64,000 nucleotides of DNA from an uncultured Actinomycetes bacterium (GCA_963737445.1 CAVTSO010000001.1:398551-462550); one strand, 5' to 3'; numbered from the stretch's first letter, positions 51,976 to 61,465 are shown. Numbers and translations are program-made. The notes: a model not told the origin generated them from the sequence alone.

Positions 51976-52274
51976 GCTCACAATGTACCCGACGGGAGCG
52001 CTAACCGATGACCATCACCGGACAGCTCGCACGCCGGATCGACCGGGCAGCTGGGGATATCGACACCCGAAGCCGTCCCAGCCGGGGCGTCCACCTCGGC
52101 TGTCGAAAGCCCTCCAAGCTGCATTCGCCCGGTGCGCGATTACCATCACGACACCGGAGGCAAGGCGGTTCGCCTCGTCGAACCCAGCCGCCATGGCGCG
52201 CCGGCCCCGCGGCGTCGGTTCCACCACCACCATGACGGAGCGCCGTCTCCGATCCGCACAGGCGAGGGGTAGGC

Positions 52275-52517
52275 ATGGGACAGCCGGACGACCAGCACCG
52301 TGAGCAGGTGGCGATTCTGTGGTCAGGTGCCGCATTCATGGCCGTGGCGCTGATCGGCCATCTGCTGCTTCCGCCCGTCGACGTCCTCTGGATCGTGATC
52401 GGGGGCTTTGGCCTTCTCGCCGTTCGCGCAGGCCTTCCTCCGGCGGCGCTGAACGGCCGGTCACGGCCCTTACGGCTCGGCTATAGTGGGCGCGGACGCG
52501 ATGAGGCTCGCGCTTAA
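52275..52517 (+). CDS. possible small 2-TM membrane protein
   Basis: GAGGGG lies 5 nt before the ATG, and two hydrophobic helices are present. However, the 3' end overlaps the promoter and aptamer of the plus-strand riboswitch, so the ORF may be spurious. Confidence 0.3.
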   Translation: MGQPDDQHREQVAILWSGAAFMAVALIGHLLLPPVDVLWIVIGGFGLLAVRAGLPPAALNGRSRPLRLGYSGRGRDEARA

Positions 52518-52546
52518 CCGCCCCCGTGGCTGATGGCCTCTACCAC
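52488..52546 (+). promoter_or_regulatory. fluoride riboswitch (crcB motif) aptamer
   Basis: GGGCGCGGACGCGAUGAGGCUCGCGCUUAACCGCCCCCGUGGCUGAUGGCCUCUACC has the same conserved blocks (GAUGAGGC, AACCGCC, GGCUGAUGGCCUCUAC). A TATAGT -10-like hexamer (52482-52487) lies immediately upstream. Confidence 0.85.
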
Positions 52547-52650
52547 TTTGGGTAGACCACGCCACGAAAGGAGCAGCGGTTGGAGCATATGCGAGTCGCA
52601 ACGGCCGACCGGCGATCACTGACGACGGCACCGATCCGTAGGCTGGCGTC

Positions 52651-53692
52651 GTGAACGTCCCGGCGCTGAAGCTGACCCTGTATTTCAACGAGACGCTCCG
52701 CTGCCGCGGTCATCTCGCGGCGGACCTGCTGTTGGACATGTTCGAGCACGCAGACGTCATGGCCAGCGTGCTCCTCCGCGGCATCGAGGGATTCGGTGCT
52801 CACCACCGACTCCACACCGACCGCTTCGAAAACGCGAGCCTGAACCAGCCGATCGTCGCCGTCGCCATGGATCGTCAGGATCGCATCGAACACTGGCCTC
52901 TCGGGTCGACGAGATCCTCGAAAGCGGGCTGGTCACCACCGAACGCGCCTGGCTGATCGGACAGCCCAGCGAAGGCGTCCTGCCGGCGGTCGCGTACGAC
53001 TCGGTCAAGCTGACCGTCTACTGCGGCCGGGCCGACCGCGTCTGGTGGACTGCCGTCCTACCGGGCGATCATCGATCATCTCCGCGCGAGTGGTGTCGAG
53101 GGAGCGACGGTGTTCCTGGGAGTGGACGGAACGGTGCATGGCCGCCGAGAGCGCGCCGCCTTCTTCTCGCGCAACCGCGAGGTGCCATTGATGATCGTCG
53201 CCGTCGGCCAACCCGACGCCGTCGCACGAAGCCTGCCGGGGATCCGCCGGCTCGCGGACAGGCCGATCATCACCGTCGAGGGTATCCAGATCTGCAAACA
53301 GGACGGCGAGCTGATCGCCGCTCCCACCCCGGCGCCGGGTCTCGGAGCGCGGCGGCATCTGGCGGAAGCTGATGATCCACGCCGCCGGCGACACCCACGT
53401 CGGCGGCGAATCGCTGCACTATCAGCTGGTCGAGCAGCTGCGCCGCATCGACGCGGCCGGCGCGACGTCACTTCGCGCGATCTGGGGGTATCGCGGTCAG
53501 GCGCCTGCCCACGGCGACTCGGTCTGGTCGATCAGACGCACGAGCCCTGTGGTCACGATCGTGATCGACCGCGATGAACGGGTCGGCGCGACCTGGGAGG
53601 TCATCGATCTGCTCACCCGTGAGGCTGGTCTGGTGACCAGCGAGCTCGTCCCCGCCCACCGCGCTCTGGCAGCGGAGGCCAGTGCCCGATGA
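52651..53692 (+). pseudogene. three tandem DUF190 (PII-like, CrcB-associated) domains in one gene; frame interrupted three times
   Basis: D1 LKLTLYFNETLRCRGHLAADLLLDMFEHADVMASVLLRGIEGFG. D2 VKLTVYCGRADRV/GGLPSYRAIIDHLRASGVEGATVFLGVDG. D3 RKLMIHAAGDTHVGGESLHYQLVEQLRRIDAAGATSLRAIWGYRG. There are no stops between domains in the corrected reading. Frame changes are at about 52897, 53040 and 53355. Confidence 0.7.
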
Positions 53693-53708
53693 CCGGTGAG
53701 GGACGCTC

Positions 53709-55337
53709 GTGCCGTATCTGAGCGACTGGGTGATCCAGCTGTTTCAGGTCGGAACGGTGCTCGTGCTGGGCCCGCTGGTGATGGGCATCATCGCCCGCGC
53801 CGAGGCCATCGTCCAGATGCGTCGTGGACCGCGGCTGCTCCAGCCCTACTACGACATCGCCAAGTTCTTCCATAAGGAGACGGTGCTTCCGGGCGACGCG
53901 GGCGTCGTCTTCCGCGCGGCGCCCTACGCCTCCTTTGCCTGCTACATGACGGTGCCGCTGCTGATCCCGGTGCTGACCAACTTCCCGCTCCAGCTCGGCT
54001 ACATGGGCGACATCCTGGGCGGCGGCTTCATCCTAGCCCTGGCCAGCTTCTCGGTCTCCCTGGCCGCGCTCGACACCGGCACCCCCTACACCCAGCTCGG
54101 CTCGAGCCGCCTGCGAAGCTTCGGCGCGCTCGGGGAGCCGACGATCCTGGTCGTCATCTTCACCGTGGCGCTGATCACCCACACCGACCTGCCCTACGCC
54201 CTGGTCAAGACGCTGGAGGGATCTGCCGCCGAGATCACCCGCCCCGCGCATCTGCTGGCCGCAGCTGCCTTCTTCCTCGTCATCCTCGCGGAGACCGGCC
54301 GAATCCCGATCGAAAGCCACGGCTCCACGCTCGAGTTCGGCATGATCGAGGAGGCGCGCACGCTCGAGCATTCCGGCCCCGGCTTCGCGCTGCTGCGATG
54401 GGGCTCGACTATGAAGCAGCTGATCCTGTTCGTGATCTTCCTGAACGTGCTCGTCGCACCCTGGGGCCTGGCCGCCGATCACCGCCTCGACCACGTCCTG
54501 CTCGCGATCGTGATCCTCTTCGCAAAGACGCTTGGGATCGGCCTTGTGATCGTGGTGATCGAGTCGGCCTACGCCAAGCTTCGGCTCTACAAGATTCCCG
54601 AGTTCACCGTCGCGGGCTTCCTGCTGGCTGTGCTGGCGGTGATCACGTTCGTCTTCCAGGAGAGCTTTCAGCCCGGTCAGCTGACCGTCTTTGCAGGCAC
54701 GGCGACCGTGATCGCGGTGGTCGTGCTGCTGCTCGAGTTCGTGATGCTTCGAAGCCAGGATGTCTGGGAGCTGCTTCGTCTCTACGGCCTGGCGTCGCTT
54801 CTGATCGGCGTGCTCGCCTTTTGCGCCGCCGCGACCGGCCACGACCGGGGGCTGTATGTGCTGGGCGCAGTCACGATCGGCTTCAAGGCCCTGCTCGTCC
54901 CCCTCGGCGTCGGGTTCCTCCTGCGCACACTGGAGGTGCCCGAGCGGGTGCCCTCCTCGATCAGCGCGCCTTCCGCAGTGCTTGCAGGCATCGTGCTTTC
55001 CGGCTTTGCGTTCTACACCCTGTCTCGCCTGAACCTGCCCGAGCCGGGAACCTTGCCGCTGGCGGCGTTGGCGGTCGCTATGGCGGCCGTCCTGGTCGCG
55101 TTCTTGCTCATGATCGTGCGGCCCTATGCGCCGTCGCAGCTGCTCGGATTCCTGGCCGTGGAAAACGGCGCGACGCTCGCGAGTCTTGTCGTCGCGCCCG
55201 GTCTCCCGCTGATCCTGGCGGTGCTGCTGCTGTTCGACGTGCTGATCGGCGTCGTCGTGTTCGTCGTGCTCGTCCAGTACCTGGCGATGGAGCGCAGCTC
55301 CGTCACTACCCACGTCCTTGACAGGTTGCGGGGCTGA
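53709..55337 (+). CDS. fused HycD/HyfC-like (NuoH-type) and HyfE-like (NuoK-type) membrane subunit
   Basis: 542 aa with a GTG start. The N-terminal roughly 310 aa carry RRGPRLLQPYYDIAKFFHKE...ETGRIPIE (NuoH/HycD family). The C-terminal roughly 220 aa form a multi-TM HyfE-like region ending AVENG...LLLFDVLIGVVV. Confidence 0.8.
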   Translation: MPYLSDWVIQLFQVGTVLVLGPLVMGIIARAEAIVQMRRGPRLLQPYYDIAKFFHKETVLPGDAGVVFRAAPYASFACYMTVPLLIPVLTNFPLQLGYMGDILGGGFILALASFSVSLAALDTGTPYTQLGSSRLRSFGALGEPTILVVIFTVALITHTDLPYALVKTLEGSAAEITRPAHLLAAAAFFLVILAETGRIPIESHGSTLEFGMIEEARTLEHSGPGFALLRWGSTMKQLILFVIFLNVLVAPWGLAADHRLDHVLLAIVILFAKTLGIGLVIVVIESAYAKLRLYKIPEFTVAGFLLAVLAVITFVFQESFQPGQLTVFAGTATVIAVVVLLLEFVMLRSQDVWELLRLYGLASLLIGVLAFCAAATGHDRGLYVLGAVTIGFKALLVPLGVGFLLRTLEVPERVPSSISAPSAVLAGIVLSGFAFYTLSRLNLPEPGTLPLAALAVAMAAVLVAFLLMIVRPYAPSQLLGFLAVENGATLASLVVAPGLPLILAVLLLFDVLIGVVVFVVLVQYLAMERSSVTTHVLDRLRG

Positions 55338-55339
55338 CG

Positions 55340-56815
55340 ATGAGCTGGTTGCTGGTCGCCATGATCGTCGTGCCGCTTGCAGTCTCGATCGCCGCGCTTG
55401 TTGTCCATCCTGGCGTTGCCCAGATGCTGACGGTCGCATCGGGCTGTGCGGCGCTGGGGATCGCCGTGCTGGCGGCGTTCGCCGTACGCGACGGAAGCAC
55501 GCTGCACGCCCTCGGAGGCTGGATCGGCCTGGATGCCCTCGGCGCGGTGTTTTTGTTGCCGACGGCGTTTCTGTACGCCGTCTCCGCCGTCTACTCGGTT
55601 GGCTACATGCGCGGCGAGAGCCGCGAAGACTACGCCCCCTTCGCGCGCCGCTACACCGTCTATCTGAACCTGTTCTGCCTGACGATGCTGCTCGTGCCGC
55701 TGGCCACCGACTTCGCCAGCCTCTGGATCGCTGTCGAGCTGACCACGATCATCTCCGCGCTGCTGGTGGCACTCGACCGCACGGACGCCGCTCTCGAAGC
55801 TGCCTGGAAGTACGTGCTGATCGCCTCCGCCGGGTTGGGCATCGCACTGATGGGTCTGATCATCCTCTATGCAGCAGCCACCGCGCCGCTCGGGTCCGAC
55901 CATGTGCCCCGCTTCGCCGACTACACACGCGTCTCGGCCAGCCTGCACCCCGACATCGTCAAGCTCGCCTTCCTGCTGGCCGTGGTCGGCTTCGGAACCA
56001 AGGCCGGCTTCGCGCCCATGCACACCTGGCTGCCCGACGCACACTCAGAAGCGCCGACGCCGGTATCGGCGCTCCTGTCTGGGTCGCTCCTCGCCAACGC
56101 GTTCTACGCCATCCTGCGCTTCTACCAGGTGGCCGTGGCCACCGGCGGACACGCCTTCCCCGACCGGGTGCTGGTCGTCTTCGGCGTTGTCTCGTTGGCT
56201 GTCGCTGCTGTCTTTGTCATGCGCCAGGAGAACTACAAGCGTCTGCTTGCCTACTCGTCGATCGAGCACGTCGGCGTGATCGCCGTGGGCGTCGGCTTCG
56301 GCAGCCCGCTCGCCATCTTCGGAGCGCTGTTGCACGTCGTCAGCCACGCCGCGGCCAAGGGTCTTGCCTTCCTTGGCGCGGGGTCGATCCTACGCCGCTA
56401 CGACACCAAGCTCGTCGGCAACGTCGGCAACGCCGTCGGTGTCCTCCCGTGGAGCGGTCCGATGTTCCTGTTCGCCGGTATCGCTCTCTCCGGCCTGCCG
56501 GTGTCAGGCGTCTTTCGAAGCGAGTTCCAGGTCGTCACGGCCGGGTTCGCCAACCCCTCCTACGTTGCCGTCGCACTGCTGATCATCCTCGTGAACCTCG
56601 CCTTCTTCGGCGTGATGTGGCACATCGGGCGGATGACGCTGTCCGCCGACACCCCCGTAGCCCCCACGCACACCGGCGAGACCAGTCGATGGATGGTCGC
56701 CGCCATGATCGGCTGCCTGGTGGTGCTGGTCGGCTTGGGCATCCATGTTCCCGGCAGCCTCTCGGATCTGCTCGGACACGCGGCCAGCAGTCTCCGCCAG
56801 GGAGTCGCCAGATGA
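55340..56815 (+). CDS. NuoM/N-type antiporter-like subunit (HyfF/HyfD-like)
   Basis: 491 aa. WIAVELTT, GFGTKAGFAPMHTWLPDAHSEAP and KRLLAYSSIEHVG. Confidence 0.85.
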   Translation: MSWLLVAMIVVPLAVSIAALVVHPGVAQMLTVASGCAALGIAVLAAFAVRDGSTLHALGGWIGLDALGAVFLLPTAFLYAVSAVYSVGYMRGESREDYAPFARRYTVYLNLFCLTMLLVPLATDFASLWIAVELTTIISALLVALDRTDAALEAAWKYVLIASAGLGIALMGLIILYAAATAPLGSDHVPRFADYTRVSASLHPDIVKLAFLLAVVGFGTKAGFAPMHTWLPDAHSEAPTPVSALLSGSLLANAFYAILRFYQVAVATGGHAFPDRVLVVFGVVSLAVAAVFVMRQENYKRLLAYSSIEHVGVIAVGVGFGSPLAIFGALLHVVSHAAAKGLAFLGAGSILRRYDTKLVGNVGNAVGVLPWSGPMFLFAGIALSGLPVSGVFRSEFQVVTAGFANPSYVAVALLIILVNLAFFGVMWHIGRMTLSADTPVAPTHTGETSRWMVAAMIGCLVVLVGLGIHVPGSLSDLLGHAASSLRQGVAR

Positions 56816-58294
56816 GCGAGACCCGACAGATCCCGGATCAGCCGCACGATCCCTTCGTCTCGATCGGCGTTTCCGAGCAAGGCGACGCGTCTGCCGAAAC
56901 GAGGCTGAGCGTGCCGCTGGCCGACCTGGCGTCAGCGGCGGCCGAGTTGGCCCGCCAAGGCCGGTTTCTGACGCTCACCACGACCAACCGGCCGGGCTCG
57001 CTGCTGGTCGGCGTTCGCGATCCGCGGCGAGATCGTCGAGGTCGTCGCCACGGCGTCGGAAACGCGCTCCTACCCAGCAGTCTCGAGCGGGGTTCCAGCC
57101 GCCGGCTGGGCCGAGCGCGAGGCACGCGACGCCGCCGCGTTCCAGCCCGACGGGCTGCCCGACCCGCGGCCGTTCCTGAATCCCGACGTCGACGCCGTCG
57201 CCCCGCGCTTGGTCGGCGACGACGCGTTCGTGATGCCCTATGGCCCGGTGCGTTCCGGTGTCTTCGAAGCCATCCAGTTCATCATCGAGACCGGCGGCGA
57301 GGATGTTCCCCTGCTCGACGTCCGCACAGGATTCAAACATCGCGGCCTGGAACGGCGGATGGTCGGCCTGACCGCTCGCGACGGCGCGGTCGTCGCAGAG
57401 CGCGTTGCCGGCATCTCCTCGGTCGCCCATGCACTGGCCTGCTGCCAGGCGGTCGAGCGTGCGCTGGGCGTCACGCCCCCCCGGCGGGCTGAGCTGTGGC
57501 GTGCCGTGCACGCCGAGCTGGAACGCATCGCCAACCACCTGCACTGCGCCGCACAACTGGCCGAGACAACGGCGCTTCACCTCGGCGTCGCCCGGTTCGG
57601 GATCCTGAAAGAAGACGTGATGCGGCTGCGAGCCGAGCTCTGCGGCAACCGGTTCGGTCGCGGAGTCGTGATCCCCGGCGGCGTCACCGAGTTCGACGCC
57701 AACACGACCGACACGCTGATGGACGCGATCGAGCATCTCGACACCGACCTTCGCCGCGACCGGCGACTGCTGGTGGGGACCACATCCTTCACCGACCGGC
57801 TGTTCGGCACGGGTCACCTGCCGCGCGACCTGGCCGAACGCTACGCGGTCGTCGGCCCCGTCGCCCGCGGCTCCGGCGTCTCGACCGATGCCCGCTTCGA
57901 ACGACCCTACGGCGCCTACCGCCGCCTGGGCTGGCAACTGGTCACTCGGACCGCCGGCGACGCGATGGCACGCCTCGAGGTTCGCCTCGGCGAGATCACA
58001 CAGAGCATGCACATCATCCGCCAAGCGGTCGACGCGCTCAGGCGCACCGAACCAACTGTCGCCAGCCCGCTGCCGCCGGCCGACGGAGCGGCCTGGGGCT
58101 GGGCCGAAGCGGCGCAAGGCGAGGTGCTCTACCGCCTCGAGATCGACGCCGGTCGCATCCGACACGCGCACATCGCCTCGCCGTCGCTGCGCAACTGGCA
58201 GGTCTTCGCCCACTGCTTCCCACGCGACGTGCTGACCGACTTCGGCTTCATCGAACACAGCTTCCAACTCACGCCGGCCGGCGCGGATCGGTAG
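56812..58294 (+). pseudogene. HycE/HyfG-like (NuoC-NuoD fusion) 'large subunit' lacking all four Ni-Fe cysteines; one frameshift
   Basis: The ATG overlaps the previous stop (ATGA). The frame changes at about 57008 (GSLLV/AFAIRGEIVEVV). L1 reads ERVAGISSVAH where hydrogenases have ERxCGxCxxxH. The C-terminus reads SFQLTPAGADR* where they have DPCxxCxxR. Confidence 0.8.
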
Positions 58295-58299
58295 ACGGC

Positions 58300-59067
58300 A
58301 TGCTCGAATGGATCTGGAGAGGACTGCGAAAGGGACGGGTCACCAGCCGCTACCCCGACCAGCCCGAGCAGGCGCCGCAGCTCCTGCGCGGACGCATCAG
58401 CGTTCTCAACGCCGAGGGCGCCGACCCCGGCCTCGCCACGATCTGCCCGACCGGCGCCATCGCCGTCGAGGAGACGACCGTCAACGTCGACCGCGGCCGC
58501 TGCATCCTGTGCGGGGTCTGCGTCGAGCGCCACCCCGACCGATTCGCCTTCCACCCGGTCCACGAGACGGCCAGCCAGCATCGAGAAGCACTCTGGGTCC
58601 GCCCGCACGCCACGGCCACACCGAACGGAGCGGCACCGCCGCTGGGCCAGCGCTTCCCCGCGCTTCGCCGCTCGATCCACATCCGCCACGTCGATACCGG
58701 CTCTGACGGCAGCGAGGAGTGGGAGATCGCCGCGCTCACCAACCCCTACTACGATATGCAGCGGCTCGGCCTCTTCTTCACCGCCGCCCCCCGCCACGCC
58801 GACATCCTGCTCCTCACCGGCGTCGCCACCGCGGCGATGCGCGAACCGCTGTTGCGGACGTGGCAGACGATGCCTGACCCCAAGGCCGTTGTCGCGGTCG
58901 GCACCGACGCCTGCTCAGGCGGCCTCGCCGGACACAGCATCGGCGCCTCCGGAGTGGCCGGCCTTGTCCCCGTAGACGTGTTCGTGCCGGGCTCGCCGCC
59001 GACGCCGATCGCCATCCTCCACGGCCTGTTGCTCGCCGCGGGACTTCTGACGGAGAACACCGGATGA
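58300..59067 (+). CDS. fused HycF-like (ferredoxin) and HycG/NuoB-like 'small subunit', Fe-S ligands mostly lost
   Basis: 255 aa. Of the ferredoxin part only ICPTGAI and CILCGVCVERHP remain (4 Cys). The NuoB part reads HVDTGSDGSEEWE, GTDACSGG and PGSPPTP where the family has GSCNGCE, GACA and PGCPP. Confidence 0.8.
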   Translation: MLEWIWRGLRKGRVTSRYPDQPEQAPQLLRGRISVLNAEGADPGLATICPTGAIAVEETTVNVDRGRCILCGVCVERHPDRFAFHPVHETASQHREALWVRPHATATPNGAAPPLGQRFPALRRSIHIRHVDTGSDGSEEWEIAALTNPYYDMQRLGLFFTAAPRHADILLLTGVATAAMREPLLRTWQTMPDPKAVVAVGTDACSGGLAGHSIGASGVAGLVPVDVFVPGSPPTPIAILHGLLLAAGLLTENTG

Positions 59068-61028
59068 ACGCAACCCTGCTCGCCGCGCTCGCCCTGCTCG
59101 TCGCGGCCATCCCCGTCAGCTACCTGTCGCGCCGAGTCGCGATGGCGGCGTCGCTGCTCGCCGCGGTTTGCATGACCGTCGTCGGTTTCAGTGCGGCCGG
59201 CGCCTGGGGCACCGCACATGTCAGCCTCGGCGACTGGCTCGGCTTCGGCGAGACAACGCTGCGCGTCGACCGGCTGGCCGGCGTCTTCCTCGGCCTGGCA
59301 GGCCTGCTCGCCGTCTCCGTCACGCTCCGCTACCTGGAAGCGCGGCCGAGCCGAGTCGTCTGCGCGCTGCACGCCGCGCTGCTGCTCGCAGTGATCGCCG
59401 TCATCACCACCGATCAGGCCTTCGCCTTCCTCCTTGCCTGGGAGGCACTCACCGTCGTCATCTACCTGCTCGCAAGCGCCGACCGAACGCGCGCCGGGAC
59501 ACTGGTCTCCGGCTACCTGACCGGCGCGCTCAACAAGATCAGCGGCGCCGCGCTGCTGGCAGCGTTCGGGCTGCTGTATGGCTCCACGCACAGCCTCCGC
59601 TTCGCCGACTGGCACACCGCCGCCCTGTCGTCCAACACCCGCAACGCCGTCTTCGTCCTGCTGGTCGCCGGCTTCGCCGCCAAGATCGGCATCCCGCCGC
59701 TGCAAGCAGCCCTGCCGGCCAGCTATGAGGCGGCGCCCAGCCCCGCCTCGGCGACGCTCTCGATCGCCCTCGTCGGCGGCTTCTACGGCCTCTGGCGGCT
59801 GGTCTACGAAACGCTCGCCCCGGCCGCGCTGTGGTGGGGAGAGGCACTCCTGGTCATCGGCAGCATCACCGCCCTGCTCGGCATCATCTATGCGATCGCC
59901 CAAAGCGACATGCGCCGCTTCCTCGGCTTCTCAAGCGTCGAACACACCGGCATCACGCTGCTCGGCCTCGGCACAGCCCTGCTCGGACAAGCCACGCATC
60001 ACCGGGAGCTGATCGCCGCCGGCATCCTCGCCGCCACCCTCCACGTCATCGCCCACGCGATCGGAAAGACGCTCGCCCTGCTCTCCGCAGATCGCATCGC
60101 CGAGGCGACCGGCACCGCCAAGCTCGGGCCACTCGGCGGCCTCTCCCGGCACCTCCCCGCGTCGTCGGTCGGTCTGGGGCTGGCGACCGTCACCCTCGCC
60201 GCGCTGCCACCGTTCGGCGGCTTCGTCAGCGAATGGTTCACGCTCGAAGCGCTGCTGCAAGGCTTCCGCGTCGACAACACGCTCGCTCGGCTGCTGATGG
60301 CGCTGGCCGCGGCCGCGCTCGCGCTGACCGCAGGGCTGGGGCTGCTCGCCTTCGCCAAACTGTTCGGCTCGACCATCCTCGGCCAAGCACGCTCCCGGCT
60401 GCCCAAGCCGGTCGAATCCGGCCTCCCCATCGGCCTGGCACTGCTCGCCACCTGTGCGCTGCTGCTGGGACCGATCGCACCATGGGAGATCCGGCTGCTC
60501 GGAACCGCGCTCACCCCGACCCTCGGCTTCGACCCCGCCACAACCGCGATCAGCCATCCACTCGTCCTGGGCCCCGTCTACTCCGGCTTCTCCGTGCTCG
60601 CCCCCACCTGGCTCTCGATCGCCCTACCCAGCTTCGCAATCGCAGCGGCACTGATCGTCAGGCTGGCGCGCCGCTCACCGGCGAGGCGCGCAGCACCATG
60701 GGTCTGTGGCACCTCACTCCCACCCGAGCTCGTGCAGTACACCCCCTCCGGATACTCCAACCCGATCCGGGTCGTCCTGCGCAGCGTGTACGGCTTCCGC
60801 CGCCGCGTGGTGCCGATCCCCGGCGAACCCAACCCTGGCCGGTTCGAGTTGCAGACCTCGATGGTCGCGCTCGTTGAAGACCGCATCTATCGCCCGCTCA
60901 CCGACACCACGCTTGCGATCACCGCCCGGGGCCGCAAGCTGCAATCGGGCCGGCTCGGCTCCTACCTCGCCTACATCCTGATCGTGCTTCTGATCGCCCT
61001 CGCCCTGATACCAACCCTCACCCACTGA
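59064..61028 (+). CDS. NuoL-type antiporter-like subunit (HyfB/HycC-like)
   Basis: 654 aa with about 16 TM helices. WEALTVVIYLL, FAAKIGIPPLQAALP and RRFLGFSSVEHTG. The C-terminal extension is typical of HyfB. Confidence 0.85.
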   Translation: MNATLLAALALLVAAIPVSYLSRRVAMAASLLAAVCMTVVGFSAAGAWGTAHVSLGDWLGFGETTLRVDRLAGVFLGLAGLLAVSVTLRYLEARPSRVVCALHAALLLAVIAVITTDQAFAFLLAWEALTVVIYLLASADRTRAGTLVSGYLTGALNKISGAALLAAFGLLYGSTHSLRFADWHTAALSSNTRNAVFVLLVAGFAAKIGIPPLQAALPASYEAAPSPASATLSIALVGGFYGLWRLVYETLAPAALWWGEALLVIGSITALLGIIYAIAQSDMRRFLGFSSVEHTGITLLGLGTALLGQATHHRELIAAGILAATLHVIAHAIGKTLALLSADRIAEATGTAKLGPLGGLSRHLPASSVGLGLATVTLAALPPFGGFVSEWFTLEALLQGFRVDNTLARLLMALAAAALALTAGLGLLAFAKLFGSTILGQARSRLPKPVESGLPIGLALLATCALLLGPIAPWEIRLLGTALTPTLGFDPATTAISHPLVLGPVYSGFSVLAPTWLSIALPSFAIAAALIVRLARRSPARRAAPWVCGTSLPPELVQYTPSGYSNPIRVVLRSVYGFRRRVVPIPGEPNPGRFELQTSMVALVEDRIYRPLTDTTLAITARGRKLQSGRLGSYLAYILIVLLIALALIPTLTH

Positions 61029-61465
61029 TGTTCCAACAGATACTGATCGCCTGGGACGCCTCGCGCCCCGCCGTCCACGCCCTCGACGTCGCCATCGACC
61101 TGGCACGACGCTACGACGGAGAGATCGTCGCCGTCAGCGTCGCCCTGGCTCCCACCCATGCCGAGACGAGGGAGGACCGAGACGAGTCGGTCGAGGCCGC
61201 GCGGGAACACCTGGAAGGCACGCTCGCCGCGTTGCGAGACCGCGCCGATCGCGTCGGAGTCCCACTCGAGCACGTCATCATCACCGGCAGCCACCCGGCC
61301 GAGGACATCCTGCGCTACGCCCACGAACACGGCACGGACCTGGTGATCGTCGGTCGCCACTCGAGCAGCCGCGCAGGGCGGATGCTGCTCCGCGGCGTAT
61401 CCGACCAGCTCGCCCGCTCCGCACAGCTACCTGTACTGATCGTCGGAGAACCCAACGGTGGGTGA
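61028..61465 (+). CDS. universal stress protein
   Basis: 145 aa. ILIAWDAS...DLVIVGRHSSSRAGRMLLRGVSDQLARSAQLPVLIV. The start overlaps the HyfB-like stop (TGATG). Confidence 0.85.
   Translation: MFQQILIAWDASRPAVHALDVAIDLARRYDGEIVAVSVALAPTHAETREDRDESVEAAREHLEGTLAALRDRADRVGVPLEHVIITGSHPAEDILRYAHEHGTDLVIVGRHSSSRAGRMLLRGVSDQLARSAQLPVLIVGEPNGG

Noticed and set aside
53709-61028. Annotation as a functional formate hydrogenlyase / [NiFe]-hydrogenase.
   Set aside because: All four Ni-Fe cysteine ligands and most of the proximal-cluster ligands are absent. No formate dehydrogenase or maturation genes are present in the window. It was therefore called a hydrogenase-related complex of unknown function instead.
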